Notes: generated from the letters alone by a model not told the origin. DNA of 64,000 bases from Myxococcales bacterium (GCA_045863395.1 BTVJ01000018.1:49326-113325), one strand, 5' to 3'; counted from the stretch's first letter, positions 38,386 to 48,580 are shown. Numbers and translations: made by a program.

Positions 38386-39084
38386 ATGCGGCGACCGTCG
38401 ACCCTGTCAATGCTTCTGCTTGGGCTCGGCGTGGCCTTGGCGCACGGGCCCGCACGCGGCGAGGACGCCCCCTGGCCTGCGCCGGTCGAGCCGGTGTCGC
38501 CCTACTACAACGGCACCTGGCTCTCCATCGTGGCGGGAGGGGGCATCGGCCTGCTCGCCGACGAGGCCCTGGACGGCCGTATCGGCGGGGGAGTCGAGGT
38601 AGGGGGCCGCATGGCCCTGGTGCTCCAGCTCGTCGACCTGGAGCTGATGTACCGCTACGGCCACTACGCTGTAACCTCCGATGCAACCGACGTCACCCTC
38701 CACCGCCACTCGATCATCGCGGACGTGAAGATCCACCCCCTCTTCCTCATCGTGATGGCCGGCAACCACCTGCTCGCGGGGCTCTACGTGCAGACGGGGG
38801 TCAGCGCCGAGCTGGCCGACGCGCGCGCCCCGTCGGCGGGCGTCGACGAGCTGGTCTCGGGCGCGGGGGTCCACGTGGGGTGCGGGTTCGATCTCCCTCT
38901 GACCCCCCCCAACGCAGGGTCCAGCCTCTGGATCGGGCTCAACTACCGGGCGAACTTCACGACCCTCGACCCGCCCTCCCCACTCGACGACCTGGACGAG
39001 CACCTGTTCGCGATCCAGCTCCACTACCGCCACAACAACCTGCAGTACGGGCACGTGCCGCGGCCACCCGACTTCGGGTTCTGA
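38386..39084 (+). CDS. Putative outer-membrane beta-barrel protein
   Basis: Signal peptide, alternating amphipathic strands, C-terminal Phe. Confidence 0.6.
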   Translation: MRRPSTLSMLLLGLGVALAHGPARGEDAPWPAPVEPVSPYYNGTWLSIVAGGGIGLLADEALDGRIGGGVEVGGRMALVLQLVDLELMYRYGHYAVTSDATDVTLHRHSIIADVKIHPLFLIVMAGNHLLAGLYVQTGVSAELADARAPSAGVDELVSGAGVHVGCGFDLPLTPPNAGSSLWIGLNYRANFTTLDPPSPLDDLDEHLFAIQLHYRHNNLQYGHVPRPPDFGF

Positions 39085-39090
39085 CCCCCG

Positions 39091-40137
39091 CTACTCCTTC
39101 CAGATGAACTTCCACGGGTGGCGCTTCAGGTCCTTCACCATCTCCTTGACGTCGTCGTAGAGCTCCCGGTCGCCCATCAGCGCGCCGACCGTGCCCCGCC
39201 CGTCCCGGAGCTGCGCCGAGATGTCCTTGGCGTCGCTCAGGATCCCGTCCACCCGGTCCAGCGTCCCGAGGACCCGCACCTTCCCCTCCTCGCCGATGGA
39301 CTTGAAGGTGCTCGCGGTCTCCTTGAAGGTCCCGGCCGTGTCCTTGAAGGTGTCGAGGGTGCTCTGGACCTTGCCGACGACGGGCTGGATGGCCGAGTTG
39401 ACGGTGACCGAGATCTTGCGGGCGTTCTCGGCCGTGGCCCGCACGTCCTGGAGCGTCGCCCGCACGTCCGAGCCGTCGCCGAGGCCTGCCTGCACCGACG
39501 CGAGCACCTGGTCCACCTTGTCCGTGGTGGCCGTCAGCCGGTCGACGAAGGCGAGCAGCTTCGGGCGGGCCTCGGTGACGAGCACCCCCGCGTCCTTGAC
39601 CGTCGTGTTGACGTTCTGCAGCAGCTCGTGGACGAGGGCCCGGTTGTCCTTGAGCAGCAGGTTGACCTCCGTGAGGGTCGCCTCCACCTGCTGGCCGATC
39701 TTCTCCAGTTGAAACGGCGCCATCCCGACGATGACGAAGCCAGGCTCCACGGACGGGCGCTCCCAGCTCCCCGGGTCGATCTCCACGTACTTCTCGCCCA
39801 GCACGCCCAGCGTCGTGATGTAGGCGCTCGCGTCGTCGTGGACGGCCTCCACCTTGTCCGCCTCGATCTCGAGGCGCACGCGGACCTGGACCCGGCGGCC
39901 GAGCTTCGGGTCCTCGCGGCCGCCCCAGAAGGCGACCTCCTCCACCTTGCCGACCGTGACGCCGCTGATCTTGACCGGAGCGCCGGCCTTCAGGTTGACG
40001 CTGTTCGGGAAGTCCGCGAAGAGGACCGCGCCCTTCTTCGTGGTGAAGTCCCCGAGCAGGAAGACGAACGCCACGAAGAGGGCGAGGCACACGATCACTA
40101 GCGCCCCGACCTTGACCTCGAGTGCACGCTCCTTCAC
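39091..40137 (-). CDS. mlaD: MlaD/MCE family protein with long helical tail
   Basis: N-terminal TM, LKAGAPVKISGVTVGKV, GVLGEKYVEI.PG, helical tail, GTVGALM…DLKRHPW. Confidence 0.92.
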   Translation of the reverse strand: MKERALEVKVGALVIVCLALFVAFVFLLGDFTTKKGAVLFADFPNSVNLKAGAPVKISGVTVGKVEEVAFWGGREDPKLGRRVQVRVRLEIEADKVEAVHDDASAYITTLGVLGEKYVEIDPGSWERPSVEPGFVIVGMAPFQLEKIGQQVEATLTEVNLLLKDNRALVHELLQNVNTTVKDAGVLVTEARPKLLAFVDRLTATTDKVDQVLASVQAGLGDGSDVRATLQDVRATAENARKISVTVNSAIQPVVGKVQSTLDTFKDTAGTFKETASTFKSIGEEGKVRVLGTLDRVDGILSDAKDISAQLRDGRGTVGALMGDRELYDDVKEMVKDLKRHPWKFIWKE

Positions 40138-40881
40138 CTAGAGCTCCATGGGGCCTTCCGCCCTCCCCTCGATGAACTGACGGACGATGGGATCCCGGGT
40201 CTCCCGGAACGCCTGTGGGGGGCCATCCAGAAGAATCCTCCCTTGATAGAGCATCGCGATCCGATCCGCAATGCCGAAGATGCTCCGCAGATCGTGGGAC
40301 ACGACCACCGACGTGACACCCAGATCGTCGGTCAGGGAGCGGATGAGGCGGTCCACATTGGCCGCTGCCAGCGGGTCGAGGCCCGTGGTCGGCTCGTCGA
40401 AGATCACGAACTCCGGGTCCATGGTCAGCGCACGGGCGATGGCCACGCGCTTGCGCAGGCCGTCGCCGATGTCCGCAGGGAAGCGCTCTGCCATGCGGTC
40501 CATCTGCACGTCCCGCAGCCGCGACATGGCGCGCTCCACGGCCTCCCCCCGAGTCAGCTTGTGGTGCTTGCGCAGCGGGAGGACGACGTTGTCGAGCAAG
40601 GACATGGAGTCGAACAGCGTCGAGTGCTGGAAGACCATCGCGCACTTGCGCCGTATCCGGTAGAACTCGCGCTCCTTCAGGTGGGTCACGTCCTCACCGT
40701 CCAGGATCACCCGCCCCGCGTCAGGCCGCAGCAGCCCCACCAGGTGCTTGACCAGCACCGACTTGCCCGCCCCCGAGATGCCGATGATGAACAGGATCGA
40801 GCCCGTGTCGACGCGGAGCGAGACCCCGTCGAGCACGACCTTTGGCCCGAAGCGCTTGTGGATGTCGATGAACTCGATCAC
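40138..40881 (-). CDS. mlaF: MlaF-like ABC ATPase 2 (degenerate signature)
   Basis: GISGAGKS, signature IGDGLRKR, Walker B VIFDEP, SHD. GTGA overlap start at 40881. Confidence 0.9.
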   Translation of the reverse strand: MIEFIDIHKRFGPKVVLDGVSLRVDTGSILFIIGISGAGKSVLVKHLVGLLRPDAGRVILDGEDVTHLKEREFYRIRRKCAMVFQHSTLFDSMSLLDNVVLPLRKHHKLTRGEAVERAMSRLRDVQMDRMAERFPADIGDGLRKRVAIARALTMDPEFVIFDEPTTGLDPLAAANVDRLIRSLTDDLGVTSVVVSHDLRSIFGIADRIAMLYQGRILLDGPPQAFRETRDPIVRQFIEGRAEGPMEL

Positions 40882-41693
40882 TCCGCGAACACCATGTAGC
40901 CGAGGCCGCTCAGGATGAAGTCGAGCACGATCACCGCGAAGGAGCAGTTGACCACGCTGCGGGTGGTCGCCCACCCCACCCCCTCGCTGCCGCCGGTCGC
41001 GTTGAGGCCCGCGTGGCCCGCGATCACCGGGATCGCCGCGCCATAGGCCAGCGCCTTGGACATGCCGACCCACACGTCCTCCCACTCGACGAGCGTCATC
41101 TTGAGGAAGGTGGCGACCGGGATGTCGAACCCGAAGTGCCCCATGAGCATGCCCGTCAGGGTGGCGACGAGCACCGCGTAGATGGTCAGCATGAACACCA
41201 TGACGATGGACGCCACGAAGCGCGGCACGACCAGGTAGTTCACCGGATCGGCGTTCGACATGCGCAGCGCGTCCACCTGCTCGGTGACGACCATGCTGCC
41301 TATCTCGGCGGCGATGGCGCTCCCCGTGCGGGTCGCGACCATCAGCCCGGTGATTGTCGGGCCGAACTCCCGGACCATGGTCTTGATGAAAGCGGGGCCG
41401 ATCATGGTGAAGTCGGGGAGGATGGTCTTCACCTGGAGCGCCACCTGGAAGATGCTGATCATCCCCAGGAACCCGAGCGTGGCAGTGATGAACAGGACGC
41501 TCTTGTTCCCGATGATGAAGAGCTGCTCCGCGATCTGCCCTCGGGTGCGCCGGCCGACGACCAGGTAGCGGAGCGTCAAGAAGAAGATGGACCACAGCTC
41601 GAGGGCGACGCTCACCGGCCGCACGAAGGGGCCACCGACGGCGGCCAGGGCGCGCTCCACGGCGGACGGGCGTGCGGAGTCCACGGGCGCCAC
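40878..41693 (-). CDS. mlaE: MlaE-family ABC permease 2
   Basis: REFGP…R.GSAIAAEIGSMVVTEQVDAL…YLVVPR. Confidence 0.92.
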   Translation of the reverse strand: MAPVDSARPSAVERALAAVGGPFVRPVSVALELWSIFFLTLRYLVVGRRTRGQIAEQLFIIGNKSVLFITATLGFLGMISIFQVALQVKTILPDFTMIGPAFIKTMVREFGPTITGLMVATRTGSAIAAEIGSMVVTEQVDALRMSNADPVNYLVVPRFVASIVMVFMLTIYAVLVATLTGMLMGHFGFDIPVATFLKMTLVEWEDVWVGMSKALAYGAAIPVIAGHAGLNATGGSEGVGWATTRSVVNCSFAVIVLDFILSGLGYMVFAE

Positions 41694-42470
41694 CTAGTGC
41701 CCCAGGTTGCCGAGGAAGGTCACGAGGTAGTCCACGGCGAAGATGCCGATGGCGCTCGCGACGACGCTCGCGTTGACCGCGCGCCCGACCCCCGTGGCGC
41801 CGCCCTTCACGGCGAGGCCGAAGTGGCACGAGACGAGCGAGATTGACAGCCCGAAGAAGAAGGCCTTGATGAGCCCCATCAGGAACTCGTCGAGGAGGTG
41901 GCTCTCGAAGACCCCCCAGAAGAACACGCGCCAGTCCACGCGCAGCAGGAACTGGCTCGTGATGGCGCCCCCGAGCAGCGCGAACAGGTCGCCGAGGCAG
42001 GTCAGCAACACGAGCATGACCATCATCGCAAACACCCGCGGCACGACCAGGTAGCGGATGGGATCGATGGCCAGGGCCCGCAGCGCGTCCACCTGCTCGG
42101 TGACGGTCATGGTGCCGAGCTCGGCGGTGTTGTTGGCGCCGACGCGCCCCGAGAACATCAGGCCGATGAGCACCGGGCCGATCTCGGCGAGGACGGCGAA
42201 GCCGGCGCCCCACCCGAGGAGGCCCGTGGCGCCCGTGCGGCGGACGAACTCGCCGCTCTGGATGACCATGATGGCGCCCGTGAACAGGGCCGTCAGGACG
42301 ACGATGGGGTAGCTCTTGACCCCGACCTTGTAGAGGTTGCGCCAGGTCTCCCGGCCGTCGAACTGGGGCGGGAAGAAGGACGCGATCACGCGGCCGAAGA
42401 TCACCGCCACGCCGCCGGCCTGCTCGGCGATGGTGAGGAACCCCCGGCCGATGGCTGCGACCATCCTCAT
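41694..42470 (-). CDS. mlaE: MlaE-family ABC permease 1
   Basis: EIGP…GRVGA..TAELGTMTVTEQVDAL…YLVVPR…GATGVGRA. Confidence 0.92.
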   Translation of the reverse strand: MRMVAAIGRGFLTIAEQAGGVAVIFGRVIASFFPPQFDGRETWRNLYKVGVKSYPIVVLTALFTGAIMVIQSGEFVRRTGATGLLGWGAGFAVLAEIGPVLIGLMFSGRVGANNTAELGTMTVTEQVDALRALAIDPIRYLVVPRVFAMMVMLVLLTCLGDLFALLGGAITSQFLLRVDWRVFFWGVFESHLLDEFLMGLIKAFFFGLSISLVSCHFGLAVKGGATGVGRAVNASVVASAIGIFAVDYLVTFLGNLGH

Positions 42471-43204
42471 GCGGCGAGGCCGTGGTCGGCGCCGGTGAAG
42501 AAGGTGTTGACGACGTCATCGGGGCTCGCCGAGCCCTCGGTGAAGGTCCCGTCGAAGCGCACGCGGCCCTCGAAGATCAGCAGGTAGCGATCACACACGG
42601 CGCGCATGCGGTCGATGTCGTGGCTGATCACCAGGGTCGTCGAGTCCCCCGGGCGGTGCAGCGCCTTGACCAGCGCGAAGATCTTGGACGACGTCACCGG
42701 GTCCAGGCCGGCCGTCGGGTCGTCGTAGAGCAGGATGGGCGCCTCCGCGATGGTCGCCCGCGCCAGTGACACCCGCTTCTTCATGCCCCCGCTCAGCTCC
42801 CGCGGATAGAGGGCGCCCGCGCGGGGGAGATCGACGTCCCGCAGGCGCGCGGCGACCCGCTCGCGGATCTCTCCCTCGGGCACGCCGTCCTGGGCCAGGG
42901 GGAACGCGACGTTCTCGGCGACCGTCATGAAGTCGAACAGCGCGTAGTTCTGGAAGAGCACGCCGTACTGGCGGCGGACCGCGGCGAGGGCCACCCCGTC
43001 CAGACGGGCAAGGTCCTGACCCTGTACCTCGACGGTGCCCCGATCCGGGCGCACGAGCCCACACAGTATCTTCAGTAGCACGCTCTTCCCGGCGCCGCCC
43101 GGCCCGATGACGCCGAGCAGCTCCCCCCGGCGCAGGTGCAGGTCGACGCCATCGAGGACGTGCACGTCTCCGAAGCGCTTGCAGATGTCACGCGCCAGAA
43201 TCAC
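42467..43204 (-). CDS. mlaF: MlaF-like ABC ATPase 1 (degenerate Walker B)
   Basis: GPGGAGKS, LSGGMKKR, Walker B LLYDDP, SHD. GTGA overlap start at 43204. Confidence 0.9.
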   Translation of the reverse strand: MILARDICKRFGDVHVLDGVDLHLRRGELLGVIGPGGAGKSVLLKILCGLVRPDRGTVEVQGQDLARLDGVALAAVRRQYGVLFQNYALFDFMTVAENVAFPLAQDGVPEGEIRERVAARLRDVDLPRAGALYPRELSGGMKKRVSLARATIAEAPILLYDDPTAGLDPVTSSKIFALVKALHRPGDSTTLVISHDIDRMRAVCDRYLLIFEGRVRFDGTFTEGSASPDDVVNTFFTGADHGLAA

Positions 43205-44316
43205 GGGCCGCCTCCGTAGGTCCACGGGACGGTAGGATCGGTCCATGGCGGCGCCGGGCCAGGATCGACGCCCGTGCGCGCGAGCTCCTTCGCGCGCTGG
43301 ACCCAGCGAGACTCCGGGCGCTCCCGGGCGAGGCGCTCCGCGAGGGCCGCGGCGTCGGCCCCTCGGCCAGCGCGCACGTACAGCTCCGCGAGCTGGAACA
43401 GCGCGTCGTCGTACATCTTGCTGAACGGGTACTCGCGCACGAACACCTCGAAGGCAGAGATGGCGCCCGGCAGGTCGCCCAGCGTGTCCCGCAGGAGCAG
43501 CGCGATGCGGTACTGGCTCCGATGGTAGTACAGGGTCTCGTAGTTGCCGAAGAACAGGGGCTTCTCGCGGGTGCGCACCAACGTCGTCAGGCTGTCGAGC
43601 TCCTCCTCGTAGAGAGCGAGGCGGTGCTGCACGTCGGCGCGGAGCCAGAGCGCGTCGTCCCAGAGCGCCTCTCGTGGGTACACGGTCGTCAGGTCCGTGA
43701 GCAGGGCGAGGGCGGCGCGGTCGTCCGCCTCGGTGCCCCGGGCCAAATGGATGCGGGCGCCCTCGAACAGCAGGTTGTCCGCGAGGGGCGTCCGCCGCAG
43801 CGCGTCGAAGCGCGAGCGGTAGAAGCCGAGGAGCCAGTCGCGCCCCTCCGGAGTACCGCCAAAGTGCTGCTGGAGATACTGGAGCGCTCGAAGCCCGGCG
43901 ATGGTGTCCGGGAAGCGGTCGACGACGCGGGTGATGGCGTCGAGGCCCTCCCCTTGCGTCGCAGGCTGGTCGTAGACGACGCGCGCCGCGCGAAACACGA
44001 GGCGAGCCCGCGCCTCCCGGTCCGCCGTCGCGCGTGAGGCCGCCAGGTAGGCCCGCACGGCGTCCTCGGTGCGCCCGAGGGCCAGCAGCGCGTCTGCCCG
44101 CCCTTGCTCCGTGTCCGTGCGCCCCCGCGCATGGGGTGCGGTCTCGCGCAACGCCCCGTATGCCTCGAGCGCCTCGTGAGCGTCTCCGCGACGGAGGGCT
44201 CGGTCCGCGTCCACGAGCTGAGCCTCCCACGCGACGACGCCAGGGTCCCGGAGGCACCCGAGCATGCCCAGGACGAGGACGACCACCAGCGCGTGGGGCG
44301 CCCACCTGAGCGTCAC
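43201..44316 (-). CDS. TPR lipoprotein (BamD/CpoB-like repeats)
   Basis: Lipobox MLGC; repeated 'YP.S…DDAL' TPR units; overlaps both neighbours. Confidence 0.8.
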   Translation of the reverse strand: MTLRWAPHALVVVLVLGMLGCLRDPGVVAWEAQLVDADRALRRGDAHEALEAYGALRETAPHARGRTDTEQGRADALLALGRTEDAVRAYLAASRATADREARARLVFRAARVVYDQPATQGEGLDAITRVVDRFPDTIAGLRALQYLQQHFGGTPEGRDWLLGFYRSRFDALRRTPLADNLLFEGARIHLARGTEADDRAALALLTDLTTVYPREALWDDALWLRADVQHRLALYEEELDSLTTLVRTREKPLFFGNYETLYYHRSQYRIALLLRDTLGDLPGAISAFEVFVREYPFSKMYDDALFQLAELYVRAGRGADAAALAERLARERPESRWVQRAKELARTGVDPGPAPPWTDPTVPWTYGGGP

Positions 44317-45116
44317 CGTGCGCCCTCGTCGAACAGGACGGCACGGAGCGCCTCGTGAAGGAGGCCGTTGCTCGCCAGGGTCCGCCGCGCCGAGATGTCG
44401 TGAGGGCCCCCGTCGAAGTCGGTCACGGCCCCGCCCGCCTCCGTGATCAGCAAGGTCCCTGCCGCCACGTCCCACGGATGCAGCCCCTGCTCCCAGAACC
44501 CGTCCGCTCGCCCTGCGGCGATGCAGCACAGGTCGTAGGCAGCCGACCCACTGCGGCGCAGCCCGTGGGCGCTCATCAGGGCGCGGCGCACGCGGGCGAG
44601 CAGCTCGTCGATGACCTCCCTCCGGTCGTAGGGGAAGCCGGTGACCAGGAGCGCGTCGGCGATGGCGTCGACCCTGGAGACGCGGATCGGGCGCCCGTTT
44701 CGGAACGCGCCGCCCCCCCGGACCGCGTGGAAGGTCTCCTCGTAGAAGGGGGCGTGGACGCACCCGAACACGATCCGGCCTCGCCGCTCGAGCGCCACGG
44801 ACACGGCGAACACCGGGTAGCCGTGGATGAAGTTGGTGGTCCCGTCCAGCGGGTCGACGATCCAGCGGTAGCCGCTCGTCCCCGGCCGTGGCTCACCGGA
44901 CTCCTCGGCGAACCAGCCATCGTCTGGGAAGGCGCGGGTCACGCACGCGGAGATGTGCGCCTCAGCCTCCCGATCCGCGTCACTGACGAAGTCGATCTCG
45001 CCCTTGCGATCCCACCGCGTGAGCTCCCCGTAGGAGTCCATCAGGATGTCGCCCGCCGTGCGGGCCATGCGCAAGCCGAGCTCGACGCGCTCGACGAATG
45101 CTGGCGTACCTTCCAT
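44313..45116 (-). CDS. suhB: Inositol monophosphatase family protein
   Basis: AEES, WIVDPLDGTTNF, RRSGSAA, WDVAAG. Confidence 0.93.
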   Translation of the reverse strand: MEGTPAFVERVELGLRMARTAGDILMDSYGELTRWDRKGEIDFVSDADREAEAHISACVTRAFPDDGWFAEESGEPRPGTSGYRWIVDPLDGTTNFIHGYPVFAVSVALERRGRIVFGCVHAPFYEETFHAVRGGGAFRNGRPIRVSRVDAIADALLVTGFPYDRREVIDELLARVRRALMSAHGLRRSGSAAYDLCCIAAGRADGFWEQGLHPWDVAAGTLLITEAGGAVTDFDGGPHDISARRTLASNGLLHEALRAVLFDEGAR

Positions 45117-45367
45117 GCAGGAGTCCTCGACAGCGTGTGCACCTGGCGCACAGGACACGGTTGAGCGGTCCGCGACCCGTCCGGGGCGGCGACGCAGACC
45201 GCCGATGGGCGGAGGAGTATAGGCCACGCGCTGTCCGAAGGGAAGGCGCGGAGAACCACCTTGGCTGGCGGCCCGACCATCGGCGTGACGGCGCTGCGGC
45301 CCCGGCCCGGGGCACGTCGGCGCTGGTCTCGCGCGCCCCATACCCGACCGCCGGACGGCCCTCACCC

Positions 45368-45395
45368 TTGACGAGAGAGTCGCCCATGGTACCGT
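45368..45395 (+). promoter_or_regulatory. sigma70-type promoter
   Basis: TTGACG-N16-TACCGT with extended -10. Confidence 0.4.
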
Positions 45396-45447
45396 ACCCG
45401 TCCGCTGTCCCACCCGGCCCCCTCGCGGGATCCCGACGGAGGTCACG

Positions 45448-46416
45448 ATGATGAAACGACAACTGGTGGCGGGGCTCGCGCTCGCCCTGGCCTTCGTCAC
45501 GCCGGCCCTGGCCGAGCCCGTGACCGGCGACTGGATGAGTCGCCCTTCCGAGAGCTTCGGCAACACGGTCACGCACCGGCTCCAGCTCACGACCGACGGG
45601 GCCGCCGTAAAGGGAGACCTGACGGTCACCACGTCCATGCCCGTGCCGCTGTCGAGCTGGGTGGACCGCTTCTGCAACGGAAACGAGGTGCTGGAGCAAA
45701 TCGTCCGCTACCGGGTCACCGGGACCCAGGCGGGCTCCCGCCTCGACCTGCGCTACCAGGGCCCGAAGATCGAGTCCTGTACCTGCGAGTCCAAGTGCAT
45801 CGTCAAGGACCGCTCGGGCAGCATCTCCGCCGCGATCAACGGCGCTCAGTTGGTCTGGGGTGACCGCATCCTCTACGGTGCCATTGCGTCCCAGGACGGA
45901 CAGGCGACGGTCCCCGAGGAGCTGCCCCCGGCTGACCTCCCAGTCACGGGGTCCTGGACCACGGCCCCCACGTCCAGCCTGGACGTCACCACCACGCGGC
46001 TGTTGGACCTGCAGGACCAAGGGGGTGTGATCGCGGGGACCTACGCAGAGCGCACGATGCGCCCGTTCCCCCTGTCGAGCTGGCGCGACCGCTTCTGCGG
46101 TGGCTCCGAGGCCTGGGAGATGGTCGAGCAGTGGGAGGTCAAGGGCACGAGGCGCCTGGACGCCGTGACCATCGAGGCGGGGAAGGGCCGCATCACCGTG
46201 TGCTCTTGTCCGCAGAAGTGTCGGGCGTCGTCTCGCGGAGCAACGCTGTCGCTCAAGGTGACGGCGGATGGGCAGCAGCTCCGGGGCGACACGGGGGTGT
46301 ACGGCCGGGCCGCCGTACCGCCACCGCTCCCGGCACCCACGCTGCTCCCGGACCCGACGGACGCGCCACCCACTCTGGACGCCTACCCCCAGGCGAGCCC
46401 CGCGCCCACCCCGTAG
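45448..46416 (+). CDS. Secreted hypothetical protein with two copies of a Cys-containing beta domain
   Basis: Signal peptide; PVTG.W…PLSSW.DRFC.G…C.C..KC occurs twice; Pro-rich tail. Confidence 0.8.
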   Translation: MMKRQLVAGLALALAFVTPALAEPVTGDWMSRPSESFGNTVTHRLQLTTDGAAVKGDLTVTTSMPVPLSSWVDRFCNGNEVLEQIVRYRVTGTQAGSRLDLRYQGPKIESCTCESKCIVKDRSGSISAAINGAQLVWGDRILYGAIASQDGQATVPEELPPADLPVTGSWTTAPTSSLDVTTTRLLDLQDQGGVIAGTYAERTMRPFPLSSWRDRFCGGSEAWEMVEQWEVKGTRRLDAVTIEAGKGRITVCSCPQKCRASSRGATLSLKVTADGQQLRGDTGVYGRAAVPPPLPAPTLLPDPTDAPPTLDAYPQASPAPTP

Positions 46417-46529
46417 CGGCGGCTCGCTCGACCGCGCTGGAAGATGTGCGCTCCGTCGCCCCTTGCAGCAGACGAAAGTTGACGCCCCAGCCCGCAGCGG
46501 GCAGGTTTGGATTCAGGAGGCGCACAGCC

Positions 46530-48446
46530 ATGAACAGAGTCTTTCGAACCGCGCTCGCCGGAGCGCTGGTCGCCGCGGCCGCGTGCCACTCGACGGTCGC
46601 CCCTGACTCCGCACCGCCTGGCGCACACCCGGAGGGAGGCGCCGAAGCCGCGGGCACCAAGGAATCCGGCAAGCCCGGCAAGCCCGCCGTCGCCACGCCG
46701 GTGATCCCGGCAGAGGTTGCTGCCCAGGAGTCGGGGGCCCCCGCCATCGACGCCTCCGCCGCGCTGGAAGACCCCACCACGGGCAAGCTGCGTCATGCGG
46801 CCCTGCTCAAACGCGTCTATGCAGAGCGCAGCGGAGACGCGTTCCTGGCCTCTGCGGACCAGGTGCTCACCGCCGCAGGTGCGGCCGTGATCGAAGCCAT
46901 CGGCGCTGCCGAGGCCCACGCGCTGGACCCGGCGCGCTACCACGTGGACCAGGTTCGGGCGCTGCGAAAGGAGGTGGCGACCCGGGTCGCCGCCATCGAG
47001 CAGGAGGGGCTGGTCAAGGTGGACCCGGGTGAGCGGGCCGCGCTGACCGCCCTCGGGTCGGCGGAGCGCGACCAGACGGGAACCCTGCCGGAAGGGGGCG
47101 AGCTGCTGCGTCGGGCCCTGGCGCAGGGCGCCGCCGGTCCTCTGCCGCGGACGGTCGCCGCGGTCCAGGCGCGGGCCGCCGCCCTGGAGGACATCGCGAA
47201 CGCAGCGGCACGCCTGGAGGTGCTACTGGCTGACGCCATGGTCACCTGGGCGTCGGACATGCGCCTCGGCTACACCGCCAAGCTCCCCGAGAAGGACGTG
47301 GAGAAGCGCGGAGAGGAGGCCATCGTGAAGGAGCGCCTCGATGCCTTCTTCCGCGAGGCCGCCCAGGACCCGGAGAAGATCCCTTCGACGCTCGCGAAGC
47401 TCCCCCCGGAGATGGTCCAGTACCCGCGCCTCGTCGAGGCGCTCGCTCGGTACCGCGGCTTCTGCGCGAAGGGTCCGTGGCCCGAGGTCGCATACTCTGG
47501 CCGCAAGCCGCTCCCGAAGACGGGCTCCGCCCCTGTCGTTGCGACGCTCCGCGAGCGGCTCCGGGCCGAGGGGTACGACGTGCCCGTGTCCGCCCACGAG
47601 GAGAGCTACGATCCCGCCCTCGACCTGGTCGTCGACGAGTACCGCGCCACCCACCAGATGGAGCTGGGCCTTGGGCTCGACCGCGAGCTGGCCCAGAGCC
47701 TGAGCATCCCGTGCGCGCGGAGGGTCCGCCAGATCGAGCTGACCCTCCAGCGCTGGCGCGAGAGCCGCATCGTCGACGGCACCCAGTACCACGTCTTCGT
47801 CAACCTCCCGGACTTCCACGGCGAGGTGTGGGATCAGGGGCAGCTCCTGCACCGCTTCCGCGTGGTGGTGGGCAACCGTGCGCGCGGCCACAACCCTCTC
47901 GACCCCAAGTCCGGCTACAAGAACGCAACGCCCCGGCTCGCGGCGCGCATCCAATACCTGGAGTTCAACCCCTACTGGAACGTGCCTGACCGCATCCGCA
48001 CGGAGGAGCTGGAGCCCGAGATGGGCAAGGACCCCGACTACCTCCGCAAGCACGGCTACGAGATGATCGAGGAGGGCGGCCGCGAGTGGATCCGCCAGCG
48101 CCCGGGGTCGGGGAACGCGCTGGGCAAGGTCAAGTTCCTCTTCCCGAACCCCTGGAGCGTGTACCTGCACGACACGAACCAGCGAAAGCTCTTCGACCGC
48201 CCGACCCGGGCCTACAGCCACGGGTGCATGCGGGTCCACGAGCCGCTGAAGCTCGCTGAGCTCCTGCTCACCCGTGAGGGCAAGTGGGACCCGGCGCTGG
48301 TGTCCAGCAACGCGTTCACACCGATCAACCTGGACAACCCGATCCCCATCTACGTGGAGTACTACGTGGTTCGCGTCGACGACGACGGGAGGGTCCACTT
48401 CAACCTCGACCTCTATGGGCTCGACGCCAAGCGGCTGGACGGCTGA
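46530..48446 (+). CDS. L,D-transpeptidase (YcbB/LdtD-like) lipoprotein
   Basis: Lipobox AAAC; NPYWNVP, QRPG.GNALG.VKF.FPN, YLHDT, SHGCMR. SD AGGAGG. Confidence 0.92.
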   Translation: MNRVFRTALAGALVAAAACHSTVAPDSAPPGAHPEGGAEAAGTKESGKPGKPAVATPVIPAEVAAQESGAPAIDASAALEDPTTGKLRHAALLKRVYAERSGDAFLASADQVLTAAGAAVIEAIGAAEAHALDPARYHVDQVRALRKEVATRVAAIEQEGLVKVDPGERAALTALGSAERDQTGTLPEGGELLRRALAQGAAGPLPRTVAAVQARAAALEDIANAAARLEVLLADAMVTWASDMRLGYTAKLPEKDVEKRGEEAIVKERLDAFFREAAQDPEKIPSTLAKLPPEMVQYPRLVEALARYRGFCAKGPWPEVAYSGRKPLPKTGSAPVVATLRERLRAEGYDVPVSAHEESYDPALDLVVDEYRATHQMELGLGLDRELAQSLSIPCARRVRQIELTLQRWRESRIVDGTQYHVFVNLPDFHGEVWDQGQLLHRFRVVVGNRARGHNPLDPKSGYKNATPRLAARIQYLEFNPYWNVPDRIRTEELEPEMGKDPDYLRKHGYEMIEEGGREWIRQRPGSGNALGKVKFLFPNPWSVYLHDTNQRKLFDRPTRAYSHGCMRVHEPLKLAELLLTREGKWDPALVSSNAFTPINLDNPIPIYVEYYVVRVDDDGRVHFNLDLYGLDAKRLDG

Positions 48447-48503
48447 GGTCATCGGGGCCGTCGGCCCCGGGCATCCCAGGCCAAGCTACGGGCGGGGCCT
48501 GCC

Positions 48504-48532
48504 TTGACGCTCCTACCCGGCACAAGTAGGCT
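48504..48532 (+). promoter_or_regulatory. sigma70-type promoter
   Basis: TTGACG-N17-TAGGCT. Confidence 0.5.
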
Positions 48533-48580
48533 CCATCGGATTGCCCGAGCCACCCCCGCAACGTACAGGACAGCGACGAC

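Noticed and set aside
40138..44344. Long N-terminal extensions on the two ABC ATPases (793 and 625 aa ORFs)
   Set aside because: They overlap mlaE and TPR genes in other frames; GTGA-coupled starts at 40881 and 43204 give normal-sized ATPases.
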